A stretch of 64,000 nt of DNA from Octopus sinensis (GCF_006345805.1 NC_043015.1:4154001-4218000), one strand, 5' to 3'. Shown: positions 26,291-41,286, counted from the first letter of the stretch. Program-made: numbers and translations. The notes: generated by a model from the letters alone, not told the origin.

Positions 26291-26482
26291 ATGTGTGTGT
26301 GTGTATGTATGTATCGTTTGGGGGTTTGGTTTACAAGGTACTTCATGTGAGTTCCTATATATATATATATATATATAATATATATATATATTATATATTA
26401 TATATATATATATTGTGTGTGTGTGTGTGTATGTATGTATCGTTTGGGGGTTTGGTTTACAAGGTACTTCATGTGAGTTCCT
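26291..26482 (+). repeat. local direct duplication (42-bp unique sequence plus TG tract) separated by (TA)n
   Basis: cgtttgggggtttggtttacaaggtacttcatgtgagttcct at 26315-26356 and 26441-26482. Confidence 0.9.
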
Positions 26483-26741
26483 GAGTTGACGCATAATTTA
26501 TTGCATCTGGGGAGTGTCATTCTCTATTAATACCTTATTCTTTTAGACTCCGGTTAAGTCTCCCCTCATTTAATAATTTATGATTTTCCAAAATTTTCGT
26601 TGCGTCTTGCAACATCTTCAATATTCGTTGACTTGCTCCGTTATCCGTGATATGATTTTTTGTTTCTCTGTGCGCATGTGTGTGTGAATTTGAGTACGCA
26701 CACAGCAAGTTTGTATGTACGTAGGTATGTATACATACATA

Positions 26742-26810
<69 letters not shown>

Positions 26811-27513
26811 ATGCGCATACACACTGGCCCACACACATGCGCACAAACAAACAAAAAGAACGAAGGTCTGATAACGGACAGAATCAATGACTATTGAAAT
26901 ATTTGCAAGATGCAACGAAATTATTACCTAAAAATAAGTAGATGAGTGATAATTTAACCGTTGTGTGCCTCAAATATCAAGGCAATTTAAGAGAATGACT
27001 CTCTCTAGACACAAATGCACACATACACATCACATACAGACCCATACAGAGGAACATACACACACACAAATATATGTGTGTTTGTATATAATGACACTCC
27101 GTCGCTTACGACCAGGAGGGTTTCAGATGATCCTTTCAATGGAAACACCTGCACGACATAATTTGCCAGCTAATATTTAAACATATTTAAAAACAATGGC
27201 GTTGTTCATGCCCGTTAAGACTATCAATATATTTCCAGAACTGTAAGAGAAAAGAATATAATAAATTAAGAATATACAGTATTATAAGAATACATATAGA
27301 TAATTATAAGAATATTTAAGGCATGGATAGTCTAGGGAGTCCTTACTAATGGATGGCTATGGAAAGTACTTACGGATCTGAGATACATATTCAAATAACA
27401 TGCATTTGTCTGCACGAGAGATGTACAAGGACAAGCGATTAATTCAAAAGTGAATAAATGATAAGGATACGCACATGTTTTGCATCACAGTAAAGGAGCC
27501 TGATAGTATATAT

Positions 27514-27556
<43 letters not shown>

Positions 27557-27920
27557 CACTATCACCGTTAGCTTCTAGCTTCAGTCCTAATGTAGTATGA
27601 TCGCAACGTAGTGTATGGTAGTGTAATCTGCTATATTAATACTATTTTAGCGTTGAAAAGGCGACCACTGTTTTTCTTTTCATTTCTTTGGTCACATAAT
27701 ACTCAAAGCCGTGCGCCTATGTCTAGAAATAAACTGCGAGACAGCAAGCACAGAACAGTAACTTCATTGTGTATATACAAGTTCATGCATCACTTAATTA
27801 TACTTTATGTTGCTTTATGAGAAATTGTTGTTCAATGGACCTACCATAAATCTTTGTAATATGAAAATTATAGGTTTCCATACTTATATACAATAAAATA
27901 TACATACATAAATACATACA

Positions 27921-27981
<61 letters not shown>

Positions 27982-28450
27982 CAGTTGTACACATATATTT
28001 TAATTGTATACTTTGAAATATGTCATTGTATGTGTGAGTGTGTGTTTGTGTGTGTGTGGTGTATAGTTGTGGTGTTCGTGGTATATATATGTGTTTGTTT
28101 GTGTATATGTTTGTGTGTGTGTTTGTCTGTTTTTGCGGTTGCGTTTGTGCGTGCAAGTGAGAGAGAAAAAGATAATTTACTGCAATAATATTATTATGTA
28201 CGCCTTTGTAGAAAAAGAAAATATACATATATAGAAAATATACACTATATATACAGTTTTTGCAGGTAAATATAGGTGCGTTTCAAATTATTTGTTCATG
28301 TCGAAAGATAATACAACTTAAAGCAGTTATATTTATTTAGTAAAGTAATAATTAGGCGCCTATGCAAAGCGACAGTATTATATAATGTCTGCTAAATAAT
28401 ATAAATTTATGAGAGAAAACTCGATCAAATTATAATTTAAACCTACTGAC

Positions 28451-28514
<64 letters not shown>

Positions 28515-28664
28515 GATTTACCGCATTCATCTGTTTTCGCACAGCTATATTATATAAGCGTATAAAACTAAAGCAAAAAGATAACTCAACACGCAGTAAA
28601 TTCCGTTCGTCAGTAAAGATTGTAAGAATATAATAATATAATATTACAAAATAACAGAAGAAAT

Positions 28665-28698
<34 letters not shown>

Positions 28699-28699
28699 A

Positions 28700-28745
<46 letters not shown>

Positions 28746-29040
28746 TACAATTACTCAATAGCCATGTTTACGTGTTTACTATGAAATTTTAATCTTAACT
28801 TATATAAGTAGCAGAATTATAACACAGTAATTTCCCTTTATATAACGCTGTTTTTTCATAGCGTTTTACAGATGGCCAGATAAGCGAAGAGATGGTGTTG
28901 TGGATTTCCACTTCGGCATCTGAAACTCAGAGTTTTATCTTGACTATTGAGTAATTGTAACATATTATTTTATAGATAACTTTCCTCTATTTACATAATA
29001 TTGAGGTATCTTTCTTTCTTTTGTTATCTTACCGTTTTTA

Positions 29041-29104
<64 letters not shown>

Positions 29105-29461
29105 AAGATGGATATCATTACTAATAAACTTCATGCGAGCCCAAAATTTTTCGGGAATTTATTGTTGCCATTTGTCTAGCGGTGGATTTCAAAGATTATA
29201 ACATAGAGGCACGAGGCATGTTCTGTATCGCCTCGTGTTTATATGTCAATATTGGCTTTGCTGATGATATCTGCGCCTAGCAAATTATTGTATTTACTGA
29301 AGGTAGCTTGAAACCATGTTACAGGAAATAGATGGTAAATGTTTTTTTATTTTTCATTCCCTTTCAAAATTACCCCTAATAGTGGTTTGGATTTTAACTA
29401 CTCCTTCTAGCGTTTTAGATGTCCTGTTATGGCCATATTTTATGTGTTTAAATGCACACTG

Positions 29462-29542
<81 letters not shown>

Positions 29543-29689
29543 AGAAATAGAGAGAGAAAGAGAGAGAGAGAAAGAGATAAAGAGAGAGAGAGAGAATATT
29601 TCCGTCTACAAATACATGAAAACAAAAGAATGTTACGCTCGAATACCAAAGCAGTAAGAACAATATAATGCATACGCGTTCATGGCGTT

Positions 29690-32030
29690 AAAACGGGTAT
29701 CCTGTATAATTTAAGCCTTCCTTACTACCATATACTCATCAAGAAACGTATAAATATGAATTATAATGTGATAAATAATAACAAGCTACAAGGAATAAAT
29801 TAATAGCCAAAGTTGTGCAAAAATATGAAATAGCCGATAAAACTAAACATTATCAATTTAGAATTCCAAGAATAAACTTTAAAGAATACAAGTCTAATTT
29901 CAGATCTAACCGAAATATAAGGCTCAAATGCCCCTCAAACCCTGACTTAGCTAAGATGAGTAATTTGAATATGGATAAATGAGGCAATTAATTTGCATAA
30001 TAATCCATATATTAAATATATGAAAGGATATATACCAATTGATAAAAATAACTATTACTCATCCCTAAACCACATACTACTTAATAGCGCAGTTTATTTG
30101 CTAAGAAAATCTCTGTACAATGCATGGAAGAAATTTATACGATTTTAACAGCAAGAAAGTCTATTATAAAATTACAGAATAAGTACCGAGTGAAGAAGGT
30201 TACAAATGATAGTTTTGATATTACTATGGTTTCAGAGGACACTGCACAAGTTACTGATTTGGTAGGAATCTATATACTGTTTAGTATTTTAGTCTAAATA
30301 GGGAATTTCGTGAGTTGGGTGGCGGTCTGTACAGGGTATCTTCGCCGTAGATAACCTCTCTAATAGTAAAATGATGAAGTATAATAAAACATTCTTCAAA
30401 TTATTTAGGAATATATTACTTCCCATATCAATTGTAAACATACATAACACCGCTATCTAACTCAACATGAATTTACATCTTATTGAAGGAAAACGTAAAC
30501 TATTCTATAAACATAACACTAACAACACATCGATAAAAACAACCATAAATCTAGAACCATAGCAAAGTAAATAGTAGACAATGCTCCTGGATGTATCTGA
30601 AAACTTTTCGCTGATGAAGAACTACTTGAACTCTATGTAAGTCGGGAAAAAGAAAAAATAAATGAAACTTAACAAAAGAGATAGCTACAGGTAATGATGC
30701 TAATACGAATATAAGTTAAAATCCTATGGTATTAACTTGGTGGATAATAATAATAATAATAATAATTTAAATAAGGATAGGAAGATTATAATACAGAAAC
30801 GTATAGAGATGAATACCAATGGCGCTAATAAAATTGAACCGAAAAAATAACAAGAAATCCTGTTAATAAACGGTTATAAAACGTTCTCCACAAGAAATGA
30901 TAATAGGGATATAAACTAAATTAGCAAAAGCAATTATACGATTAAGAACAATAAAATAGTCAAGGAACATAGTAAAATCCATGATATATAAGCAAACAAG
31001 AGACATAACATGAACACACCTTGTATGAATGATTTCTATACAAATAAACTAAATGATAACACACAAAGTTTTATTATTCCCCTTGGAAAAAGATTAGATG
31101 TAACCATCCGAAATTATTCAATTCGACTGTTAATAAACATTCTCCTAAATGTAGCAAGTATTGTCGAATTTTCCACTGGTATAGGATAATAATACCTTTT
31201 ATAAAATTCTAGAAACATAGCACAAATAATTGCAGCACAAACAGTTAAAAGATTAAATTATTTGTACGAGGAGGATATTTACTATAACGTAAATATATTA
31301 CGTAATAGTTACTAATAAGTAGATAAAGTCAATATATAGATAAATTTAATAAGGAAAACGATTCAATGGAAAACAACAGGTGAAAAGACTAAGAAGTGAT
31401 CAGAACAGGTAAGCACACATGTTGGACGACAAGCAATGGGAAGGCAAGTATTCATATCAAAAATAGTAACCAAATGCATAGAAACAGCGAAATTAATAAT
31501 ACCGATGTAGTGAGTTCTAAAGCAATGTATACTCAAAATCTTGAATATCAAATGATATAAAGTATATAAATTAGAAAATAAAAGGGAGCAAGCATAGCTA
31601 TATAAATAAACAGATAAAAACTGAAGATATAGAAAGTAAAGTTAGAGATAAGAAATGTAATAGAGCAACCAGATTATGCCCGTTTGAATTTAACTGTAAA
31701 ATTAAAAAAACAGTGAACAGATGTAAGGTAAAGTCAGAGTGCCATCCACATTACTACGTTAGTAGTGCAACATTTATCAAACAGAGAATACCCAATTACG
31801 AACACTTGTATCAGAATACAAATTAGAAACCATAGACGTGAAAGCCGATCGGCTGTGTGTTCCTGAATTAAAGAATACATTTAACTGATTCAAATAATTG
31901 AATGCTCTGTAATACTAAAATGAGAATAGGATTTAAATAAACAAAAGCAACTAAAGAAATTACTTAGCTATAAACTCCTGCATGAATGAAACTTAATTTT
32001 AATGAGAGAAAGGAAGTTTAAGCAAATATG
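29690..32030 (+). mobile_element. decayed Penelope-like retroelement (RT + GIY-YIG), many stops and frameshifts
   Basis: Translations INFKEYKSNFRSNRNIRLKCPSNPDLAKMS (29872-), FDITMVSEDTAQVTDLVGIYIL (30214-30279), GLYR, and CNRATRLCPFEFNC...VNRCKV...YYVSSATFIKQRIPNYEH (31656-) match the pattern of Penelope RT and Cys-rich GIY-YIG segments. Confidence 0.8.
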
Positions 32031-32094
32031 ATTAACTATAATGCTAAATATTAAATTAATTATGAAATTAGTAAAAAAAAATATAAACCAATTA

Positions 32095-32095
32095 C

Positions 32096-32126
<31 letters not shown>

Positions 32127-32217
32127 TAATAATGATGATGGTGATGATGATGATGATGATGATGATAACAACAAAAATAATAATAATGATAATAATAATA
32201 ATACTAATAATTATAAC
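32095..32217. repeat. (AAT)n/(GAT)n microsatellite
   Basis: Read directly. Confidence 0.95.
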
Positions 32218-32752
32218 AAATGCCCTGATGCAGTACCAAGCAGCGGCTCTCTTGGCTTATCATGTACATTGTCTCGTCTTGGTATAAAGATGGGCTACAG
32301 CAAATATTCTGCTCAATACCACAGATTTGCTTGTCAGTTGTTTGACCGTAACCAGTTGAGCATGTCCCTTAGTGGCCGACGATACGTGCATCTCCGATCA
32401 CGAGTAGAAGTAGTGGGGGAACATCATAGCCATGTGTCGAGAGGGATTCTTTGGGGTTTGAATGATTCACCTTTGGAAACATGGGTGTTTCATTTAATAT
32501 CCTTAAACAACCCTTAATCAGGGACCTTGTTGTGTGGGATGGGTTACCCAACCAGAAGAAAATTCTAACTGGGCCCCCACCCGCAAGGTCATGCGCTGTT
32601 TATCTTGTTATGAGATCACCATGTCTCGCACATATGGTCGTGATGCATGTGCCTGGTGTACCCTTATCAGACGGGTTGTCATGATGGGTATACTGGGCTT
32701 CGTATATTAGTACACCAGTGTCAATTTGATGGCATGCACTGCTCTCTCACTT
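32218..32752 (+). mobile_element. non-coding interspersed repeat, probably a LINE 3' UTR-derived element, between AAT/GAT tracts
   Basis: GC-richer ~535-bp block with sharp borders ending in (aat)n; resembles an abundant octopus repeat from memory (not verified). Confidence 0.55.
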
Positions 32753-32788
32753 AATAATGATAATAATAATGATGATGAATGATGATGG

Positions 32789-32834
<46 letters not shown>

Positions 32835-32835
<1 letters not shown>

Positions 32836-33575
32836 CTTTCTTTATTATGCACAAAGGTTTACATGAAGGAAAACATTGTGGACAATGGAAAACATTTTTT
32901 TTAATCAACAATGTGGGATCTATAATAGAAAGGAACCGTTCCAGGGCTGCTTACGGACAAATCTTAAAGACATTCATGGGTGGCCTGGTTTTTGGGGCAG
33001 GTGACTTATTCCTTTCTCTTTTTCCAACTACAGGTGTATGCTCAAGGCAGGCTCTTTCACTCGAACCATTCACACCACATTCATCTACATATCACCAAAA
33101 TGGCTAGAAAGCAACACTTTCCGCTTTACCCTTATTTTCCTATTAACTGAAACTTGAAGACGTTTATCAGGGATTGGGAAAAGAGAAAAATATTTGTCTT
33201 CGGCCTTTCAGTCTCGTCCACAATACAACCGCTTTCCCCATGACCACCAGGCAAATAATTACACCCTTCATGGTTAAAGGAAGTCGGAGGGGCAATTTCA
33301 CAGCGCATTCAGATGGTGGCCGGATCCTCCCCACACGTGACAGCAGGTGTTCGACATAAATCCACAGGTCAGCATTGCTCGGAGACTGGACGAGTGCGAG
33401 CAGGACCGTTTGGTCGTCATGTCTTAATCTCGAACATGTTCGGTTGACGGCACTTAGGTGCCTGACAACTTTCGTCTGGAATAGGCAAAGATACCCGGCA
33501 GCATTGCTAGGTCAGAGAATTTCGGAAAGTATCCATAGTTCCCGGGCAGAAAAGTCCCCGGAAATGGGCGTCTAG
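32835..33575 (-). mobile_element. 3' fragment of an L1/Tx1-type LINE with (CAT)n tail
   Basis: Minus-strand translation RTCSRLRHDDQTVLLALVQSPSNADLWIYVEHLLSRVGRIR...LVVMGKAVVLWTRLKG resembles the C-terminal zinc-knuckle region of ORF2; the gat run at about 32775-32834 forms its tail. Confidence 0.7.
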
Positions 33576-33599
33576 TTGATCTTCTCTCTTACCTGTATC

Positions 33600-34535
33600 C
33601 TGGAGCTATTCCAAGTTAGCGTTTGCTTGGTGGTGTTTCACTTCAATTGAAAGTAGCCATCGTCACGGACTGGTACTAGAGCAATCGATACATGCTAATG
33701 CACCGAAGCGGCATCTACACAGCTGCCTAGTAATGCTTGCATCTATATTTTCTGCAGTGGAACAATTAATTCAACAAATTGTAGTATCATACGATCCTCG
33801 GATCATACTGTCGTGACCGATTTCTTCGTTGCTGTGATTTGTAATAGGTGAGTACAATCTACAGAAATATCTACTATATCTCTAATTCCATCCCACCACT
33901 CCTCAATCACATCTGTCTGCAACTGATTTAGGCACTCAAAGTTACGTCTACTAAAATATGTGTGAAACTATTACCTACATCCTTCTGCGGGTTCTTGCCA
34001 ACATTCCTCAATTCCTTGTGCTTCCAAGCAGAAATTTAGAGAATTCTGTGTACATCTTTTAGCCTACCTTTTCAACATGCTTGTGTAATTTCAAAAGATA
34101 TCCTGTAGCGTGATTATATTTTCTACATATACAGTTGTTGACATTCACTATTTTGTTTACGTCACTGCATCAAAGCTACACTCGAAGAAGGAAGCTGATC
34201 ACTGACGTGCTCCACCTCTTGATCTCATTTCACCCACCTTCCTTTCAACAACCCCGTCTATCCATGTTATCATCTTGCTATAGTGAGGGCATTGATTTAA
34301 ATGCAGTTTCCTATTATCTGATGCTGTTGCAACGCACCCATTAATAGTGTTTTTGCGCTCACTCTGCATCATTATCTAAAATGTCTTCAATGCGCGACAT
34401 TTAATGCTTTCCCGTCACACTGAATTGTTCAATTGTTCAAGTCATGTTATTAAATCATTATTTTCTTTCTCTGAACACCATTTCTTGCAGTTTTGTCATC
34501 ATGCGGAGAGTTTCGTATTGCTACTTCTCCTCACC
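33600..34535 (-). mobile_element. possible very old LINE (RTE-like) remnant
   Basis: Weak translated fragments (KLQEMV, DGKALNV, EEWWDGIRDIV); GC elevated over background. Confidence 0.3.
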
Positions 34536-37500
34536 TCCTAAACAGTTTCGTAGATTTCAGATATTGATAATATATGTAGCTGAAGAGACTCTTTCTTTAG
34601 ATATAGCGATGAACTATTAGTTGTTGGAGGTAGGCAAGCTATTTCCTGAAGTAAATTCAGCAATTTTGCAGTTTGTAACATGCACGTGCGCGCGCACACA
34701 CACACGCACGCAAACACGCACACATAATCCGTCACCACCACACAAATTTATTCGCTTTGTAGTAACCGGTCTCTACCTTAATAAGCGTCATGTATTAGGA
34801 GTAGAAACAGTACAACTCTATGTTACCTACTTATAGAATGCAGGACAATGGGAACGAAAGACAACATCCCAATGCTTGTGACCCTCTTAATGAGAAACAT
34901 AGCAGTAAATATCCTTGTAATTACTCTTGATCAACACTTCAAATCATATGCATAGAAAACAGAAAAAGATGCCTGCTTAGATGACTGCATCATATTTTGG
35001 AGCGGAATTAATCAGGATTTGCAGACATTGCTTAAATTAATAAATGACATTCATGAATTATTCCAGTTCGCTATGGAAATATATGAAATGAACTTCTTTT
35101 TCTGGACATTCTGATAATTAAAGACAAGAAGACAGTTATAACGCATCTCTACTGCAGTGACACAGCTACGCATAAATATTCGGATTTTATATCTTGTCAG
35201 CCATCCCACATTAAATCCTGTTCAGTATTGCAAGACGTATATGCTCAATATTTATATACACAGAATAAGGACAGAAACGAGGGACAGAAATGAATATTTT
35301 CCTTCAGAAACAATAAAAGCAAAGTTTTACGCCATAACCAAAAATAAAAACAATCATTACAAACTTTGCTTTGTGGAGGAACAAGCATCATAAAGATAAA
35401 GATAAAGCAAAATTATAAATATTCCATTTTTAGCCACACCTAATTATAAAAACCAACGCATTTTATATTCGGTCAAAATATAATTCCGGTTCCCCATGAG
35501 ACTTTCAATACTCGACAAGAAGCAAAGGAATCATAAATTATTAACTATGGTGCACAATGAGCGAAAAAGAAATGTCTCCTAAGAAAGTAAGGATTCATAG
35601 TAGAATAAGAAATGATGAGAATAATAGAGTTCAGAGACCCATGTTGTACGAAGCTTGATAAAATGAAATAAGGTGCAACTAAAAGACACAAGAATAGGAA
35701 GGAGATGAAGAAGAATGCAAATAAGAATTACGACACAAAAAAATATGTATTTCATTACATGCTTCAATTACAGTGAAAATTAAATACGAGAAACAGGACA
35801 AAAATTAACCAAGCCGTATGCTGCGAACAGGTAGATATCTGTAGAAATCAAATATCTCTTTTTCTTTCGTGAATAAAAGTAAAATATAAGCTACGAAACG
35901 CAAAAGTAGAATACGTTGTGAGAATACTAAATTCGTAACAAACTACTTGTGGTATAGACCAAAAACTAACATTGTAATCCAATAAATACGTTATAATGCA
36001 AATACCATATTTCACTACTTTTGAAAATCAGGAAAACTGTGCATCTGGTTTCGTAGAGGTAAATAACATGGTTTTAAGCCTATTTTCAAATTCTTTTCTT
36101 GACAGTTTTAATCGTGTTGGAAAAATTTTTGCGTCCTGGACATATTTACCACATGGTAAATCAAAACGCCACGAAATGCTAGCGTCAACATTGATGCAGA
36201 ATCGATCTCTGATGAAATCGGCCTCTAACGCTTAATCTAAACTTGAATAATTTGACATAAATAAAAAAAATACCAATCTAACTAACTAGTGAAATATTCA
36301 ACCCTAATAAACCGAATATGTGTAATATTAACTTAATTATGCAATGTACAATAAAAAAACAAATATGAAGATAGTAGCAATATCAATCTTGAACGAAAAT
36401 TAAAGTCGATTAATAACGGTTTAAATCCTATTTTCAATTGAAACCCCAGAACCTAAAACATTGCCATTTAGATACGTATTTAAAAATTACAGCAAAGCCG
36501 TAATATAGAATATATGATTTGATCCAACACCGATTGATCTTCCAAGGAAATTCCAGATCTAAACATGTTTTTAATACACGTAATGATTATTCCCCTTCTG
36601 TTTACCTAAAGTGGCTATGCTGGAGCAGCTAGCTGTTCTACTTTCATTTAAAAAATTACTGTCTTCCAAATAGAGACAAAATGAAAATACAAATCGCGTT
36701 TCATATCAGCGGGAGCTGCTTACCAAGCATGGATCATACTGTTTTCCTCCATTTCTTTCCTATCATCATTATTATGACGAATCACTTTATTCGAAACGTA
36801 TTTATTCCAATCTTCACATGTTCAGTTGTGTCCAAACAGCATTTAGAAAGTTATTCTTTTTACTTATTAAAAACATCAAAAATGTAGAATAGAGAAATTT
36901 CCTCATGTGTCTGATGTAACACATGTTACTTCATGAATATATTGAATATGGAACACACTGGAAGGAATATTTCCCTAATTTATTTTCGCTTTACACAAAC
37001 GAGGGACCTGACAGGGATACGTCTATCTCAGTGGAATACAACCATAGGTTAATATAGTAGAGGTGCATTGCTATATTTGTCAAGAGGTCGTCGATCAGAC
37101 TTTTAGGTTAGATCTTTGGGATGTAGAAATGATTTATGTGTATTTTCCCCTTTTTTCCTACTCCTGTATAGCCATGATTCAGGTTTAATCTACCACTCGA
37201 GTTAGAGACGGTGACATTTCGATTCATAAATGTCTTCTCACACACGGATCATCTAACATCTTAGATTTTTAAAGATTTTACTAAGGAAGAATGAAAGGCG
37301 TAGATTACTGCGACGTGATATAAATTCGGATAGTCACAATAAAAACAGCCAAACTTTCTGTTTGATTCTCTAATGAATCCATGTATTGAGCGCTATAACA
37401 TTTTTGACTTACTTGTAGTTATTTTAGCATATTTTTATGGAATGTACTACCATCATTCGTGAATTATTCATGCTGTTTCGGAGATTCAGAATTATGGAAG

Positions 37501-38925
37501 TTTTTAGAACACGCGAGATTACATTTTCCTTCATTCATAATATATTATTATATAAAATCTTCCCGGAATCAGAGAATATAATCTAATGCGTTTTTGAGCA
37601 AACGATTATACTTTCAGTGATTCATGCATCTTAGAAGGCAACATAACAGAAAATATATTGCTTGGTATATTAAAATATATCACCTTAAATTTTTTACGAG
37701 AGTTATGTCCATTTATGTTTGTGTGTGAACATGGATGTATTTCACACTATTTGTGGCAGTATGAGCATTTGAATTGTTGAATTCAGAATAAATGGTTCCT
37801 GAAAATGTTCGACAAAATCTACTGTGCAAAATTACACTCGTGAAACGAAAATGCTTATGTAATTGTTGTTTTTGAGAAAAACGAGACATTATTTACAATT
37901 TTTGCATATAGTTACCGTTTGTCTGAGATTTTAAGAACAAATAGATATATGGGGTAAAGCTAAAACAATACGCTTATCATTATTAATCGTTCGTATATGG
38001 ATACGGAGATGATTATATTTCCGTTGGTAAGAAATAAAGAACCTATAAAATCTTTATTAGTTGTAGCATCTTCACTGTCAATTCTCTCAGCTCGACATAT
38101 ATTACATATAAAATATGTCGCTATCGTAAAATATCCTTTCAGAACAATTTTCGAAAGTAAAATCCGTTCATATTGAAAAACTTTATTTGTGTTGATTGTC
38201 CGGAGAGTGCTTAAAACATTTTCCTGCTTGTAAACCCAACGGAGATATTACCTATTGTAAATCAGATATCGTCTATATTACAAGACGTTTCATAATATTC
38301 TAATTGTGATTTCAACAAAAAAATAGTTATTGAATAAAAATATCTTCAGGCAAGTATTTATCAAAAGTCATGCGCTCTTTAACATAGTTATATACAGAGA
38401 CTTAACTGCGCACAAGACGGCACACAAGCACACCCACAAACACAGACACAAGCACGCGCACAGATACACACACTCACTCACATACACACATACACACATA
38501 GCATATCTGTGAGTACGTGTGTGTGGGTATGCTTGCGTTGAAAATGTGAAAGTGAAGAGAAATACATTGACCTCCGTGCGGATTTTATTAAATCAAACAT
38601 AGATATGTCCTAAATTCAGCAGTATTTCACACTTTTTACATTGTGAAATCTATTCTAATTCCCATGCTGATTAAATTGTCAACTAACCCAGTCCTTTTCG
38701 CAGGCTCTACAACGTGTATCCAAGTAAACATTTATAAATTTCCGGTTCACTACATGTAACATCGCTGAAACATTGCTATTCGATTTACTTACGGTTTAGT
38801 TGCGAAGGCTTTGGGCAAATATAATTTTGGGTTTTATGTAACTCATAACAATTCTAATGATCAAACTTCGGTAACGGAAAAATGCAAAGAAAAGACTGGG
38901 AAAGGGGAACGATTAAGAAGCTTGG

Positions 38926-39062
38926 CTGGTACTTATTTTATCGATCCCTGAAGGATGAAAGACAAACTCGACATCGCCGGAATGTAATCTAAGAAGGTAA
39001 AAATGGACGAAATGCCACTGAACATTTTGTTCAACATGATGACGATTCTCTCTGCTTACCGC
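38926..39062 (-). mobile_element. degenerate SINE family A copy
   Basis: ctggtacttattttatcgatccctgaaggatgaaagacaaactcgac is the reverse complement of the family A body. Confidence 0.75.
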
Positions 39063-40413
39063 ATTTGGGCATTGAGATATTAATCAGCATGAATTCAAGA
39101 CCTGTTGACATTCTATTTATTCACTCTCCAGATCAAGAAGTGTTGCACTTATTGTTTTATTAAATCGTGTACGTTGTCTGCTCAAGAGTGGGTTGTAGGA
39201 TTAATTTACATGTCTTCTTCCCACCAGGGGAAAACTAAAAATGTTGTGGTCCCATATTTCAGTCCAACGTTATTGGTGTTATAAGTTTTGTTGCTATATT
39301 TTTTCATTTCATTGTTGTCGTAATTTTACACGTGCAGTTCTCTGAAAGAGGTTCTTAGGTGTTAGTCTTGCCACAAAGCGTGCAATATGCTTAAGGGAGG
39401 TGGGTGTTAATCGCTTTATTAGTTTCTAAGCTTTTTCGAACTTACGTACCCGGAAAAACCCCTACTAGTTCAGTGTAAAAGAAAAACCAACATACCAATA
39501 TTTTCATTCTTTATTAGCACTTACAACAAAATTATTCTGATGTATAGTAGGTGTGGACTATCATAGAGTCAGGTACGATTGATTTGCACACCTTTCTGCA
39601 TATGTTGCAATTTCAACATAGGAATCTTAAGAATGTATTATCGAAATATCGATGAAGTTATGTTTCTTATAATCACCCGATTATTTGATAACTTGTTTTC
39701 TAAAAATATTGTTGTTTACACACATTTTATGCGTCTATTATCAGAACATAACATTTTCACAGATGGTATTTGTACATAAGAGATAAACAATTTTCTATCA
39801 TTATATTCACAGTAAACTACGCAACAGATAAGAATATTTCCGAAAGATAATTTCTATTTTGACATGCTACAATATAATATTATTTCGACCAATGAAAGCG
39901 TGTTGACATCCTGTCTTAGTATTGTATATCATACTACCTGCACCTAAGAACTAGTTTATCAAGTAATATACGATGAATATTTCAATTTCGCTTGATTTTA
40001 TAAAAACATCTGCAACTGGGCAGAGCTGTGTGCATTTCATAAAAATAAGTCAAATGTTGCGATGACGCAGTGGCCGCTATGCAGGTACATCCATCTCTCT
40101 CTATTCGCCGTTTAGAACGTAAAATCTAAAGATGCGAATTTGTATCAAACCCCAGATATATGTCCATTATAAGTTGTATAAGATACAAGAGATTATTTGC
40201 ATGTGTAAGCACATTGTAGGTATCAAATATAATTGAGGTGGTGTACATTTGAAAAAGAGAAAGTATGTTTTCGTCACTACATATTTCAGTGTTATTAGAT
40301 GAGTTTGATATCTTCAATTAGACACGAATTTCAGAGTGTGAGATATAGCTCTCCGAAAATGTCTACATACAAATGAGCATACACATGAAACGAACACACA
40401 GACACACACCTGC

Positions 40414-40458
<45 letters not shown>

Positions 40459-41081
40459 CAGGATTCCTGTTTTGACTTAAACATGATTCGAATAATCCTA
40501 TCAGGTGGTGCTATTAAGTTAGACATGGCCTGGACCAATCTTTGGTCGAAACATATCTAACTACCACCCTCTTTTACTAAAAGTAAGAAATAAAATAACT
40601 CAAAAGCCAGAAAGGCGTGGAACCTAATGTCTGACAATGGGAGTTGCGAGCTATCGGTTATTTCGGTTATTGTAATATCGGTGACAGTTGTGACCTATAT
40701 CAATTTTTCCTTTAAGTTCTAATTATTAGTAAGCCACATGTTTTAGATTGTCGTTTACACCTTATGGCTTCGAAAATCAGCGGGTGTTTTCAACGGTTTT
40801 TCTTAAGAGACTGACAGAGGTTGTTGGGTTTAACAGTAGACGTTAAAGTCGATGAAGCGGATTAAAATTTTCTACAGCAAAATCCGAAATACTGATCCTA
40901 ATGTGTACCGATCTTAACTCCCTTTGTCGGCCATTATGTTGAGTACACTTGTGGCTCTTGAGTTGTTCTAACTACTATATTTTCCAAAAGAGCTGCTTGT
41001 CAGTACCGTCTGTAATTTTTGTGGCCTGTATTAAATTTCGCCTTAAGATGTAATTGCTAATGAGATACACTTTTCAATCAT

Positions 41082-41084
<3 letters not shown>

Positions 41085-41115
<31 letters not shown>

Positions 41116-41127
41116 TAGTATTTATAT

Positions 41128-41173
<46 letters not shown>

Positions 41174-41253
41174 TTATATATATATATATTAGTATTATAT
41201 TTATATGTATATATATATATAATATATATTTATGTATATATATATAGTTACAC

Positions 41254-41286
<33 letters not shown>

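Noticed and set aside
29250-29280. VNIGFADDICA, resembling an RT catalytic motif
   Set aside because: Followed immediately by a stop, with no flanking RT motifs.
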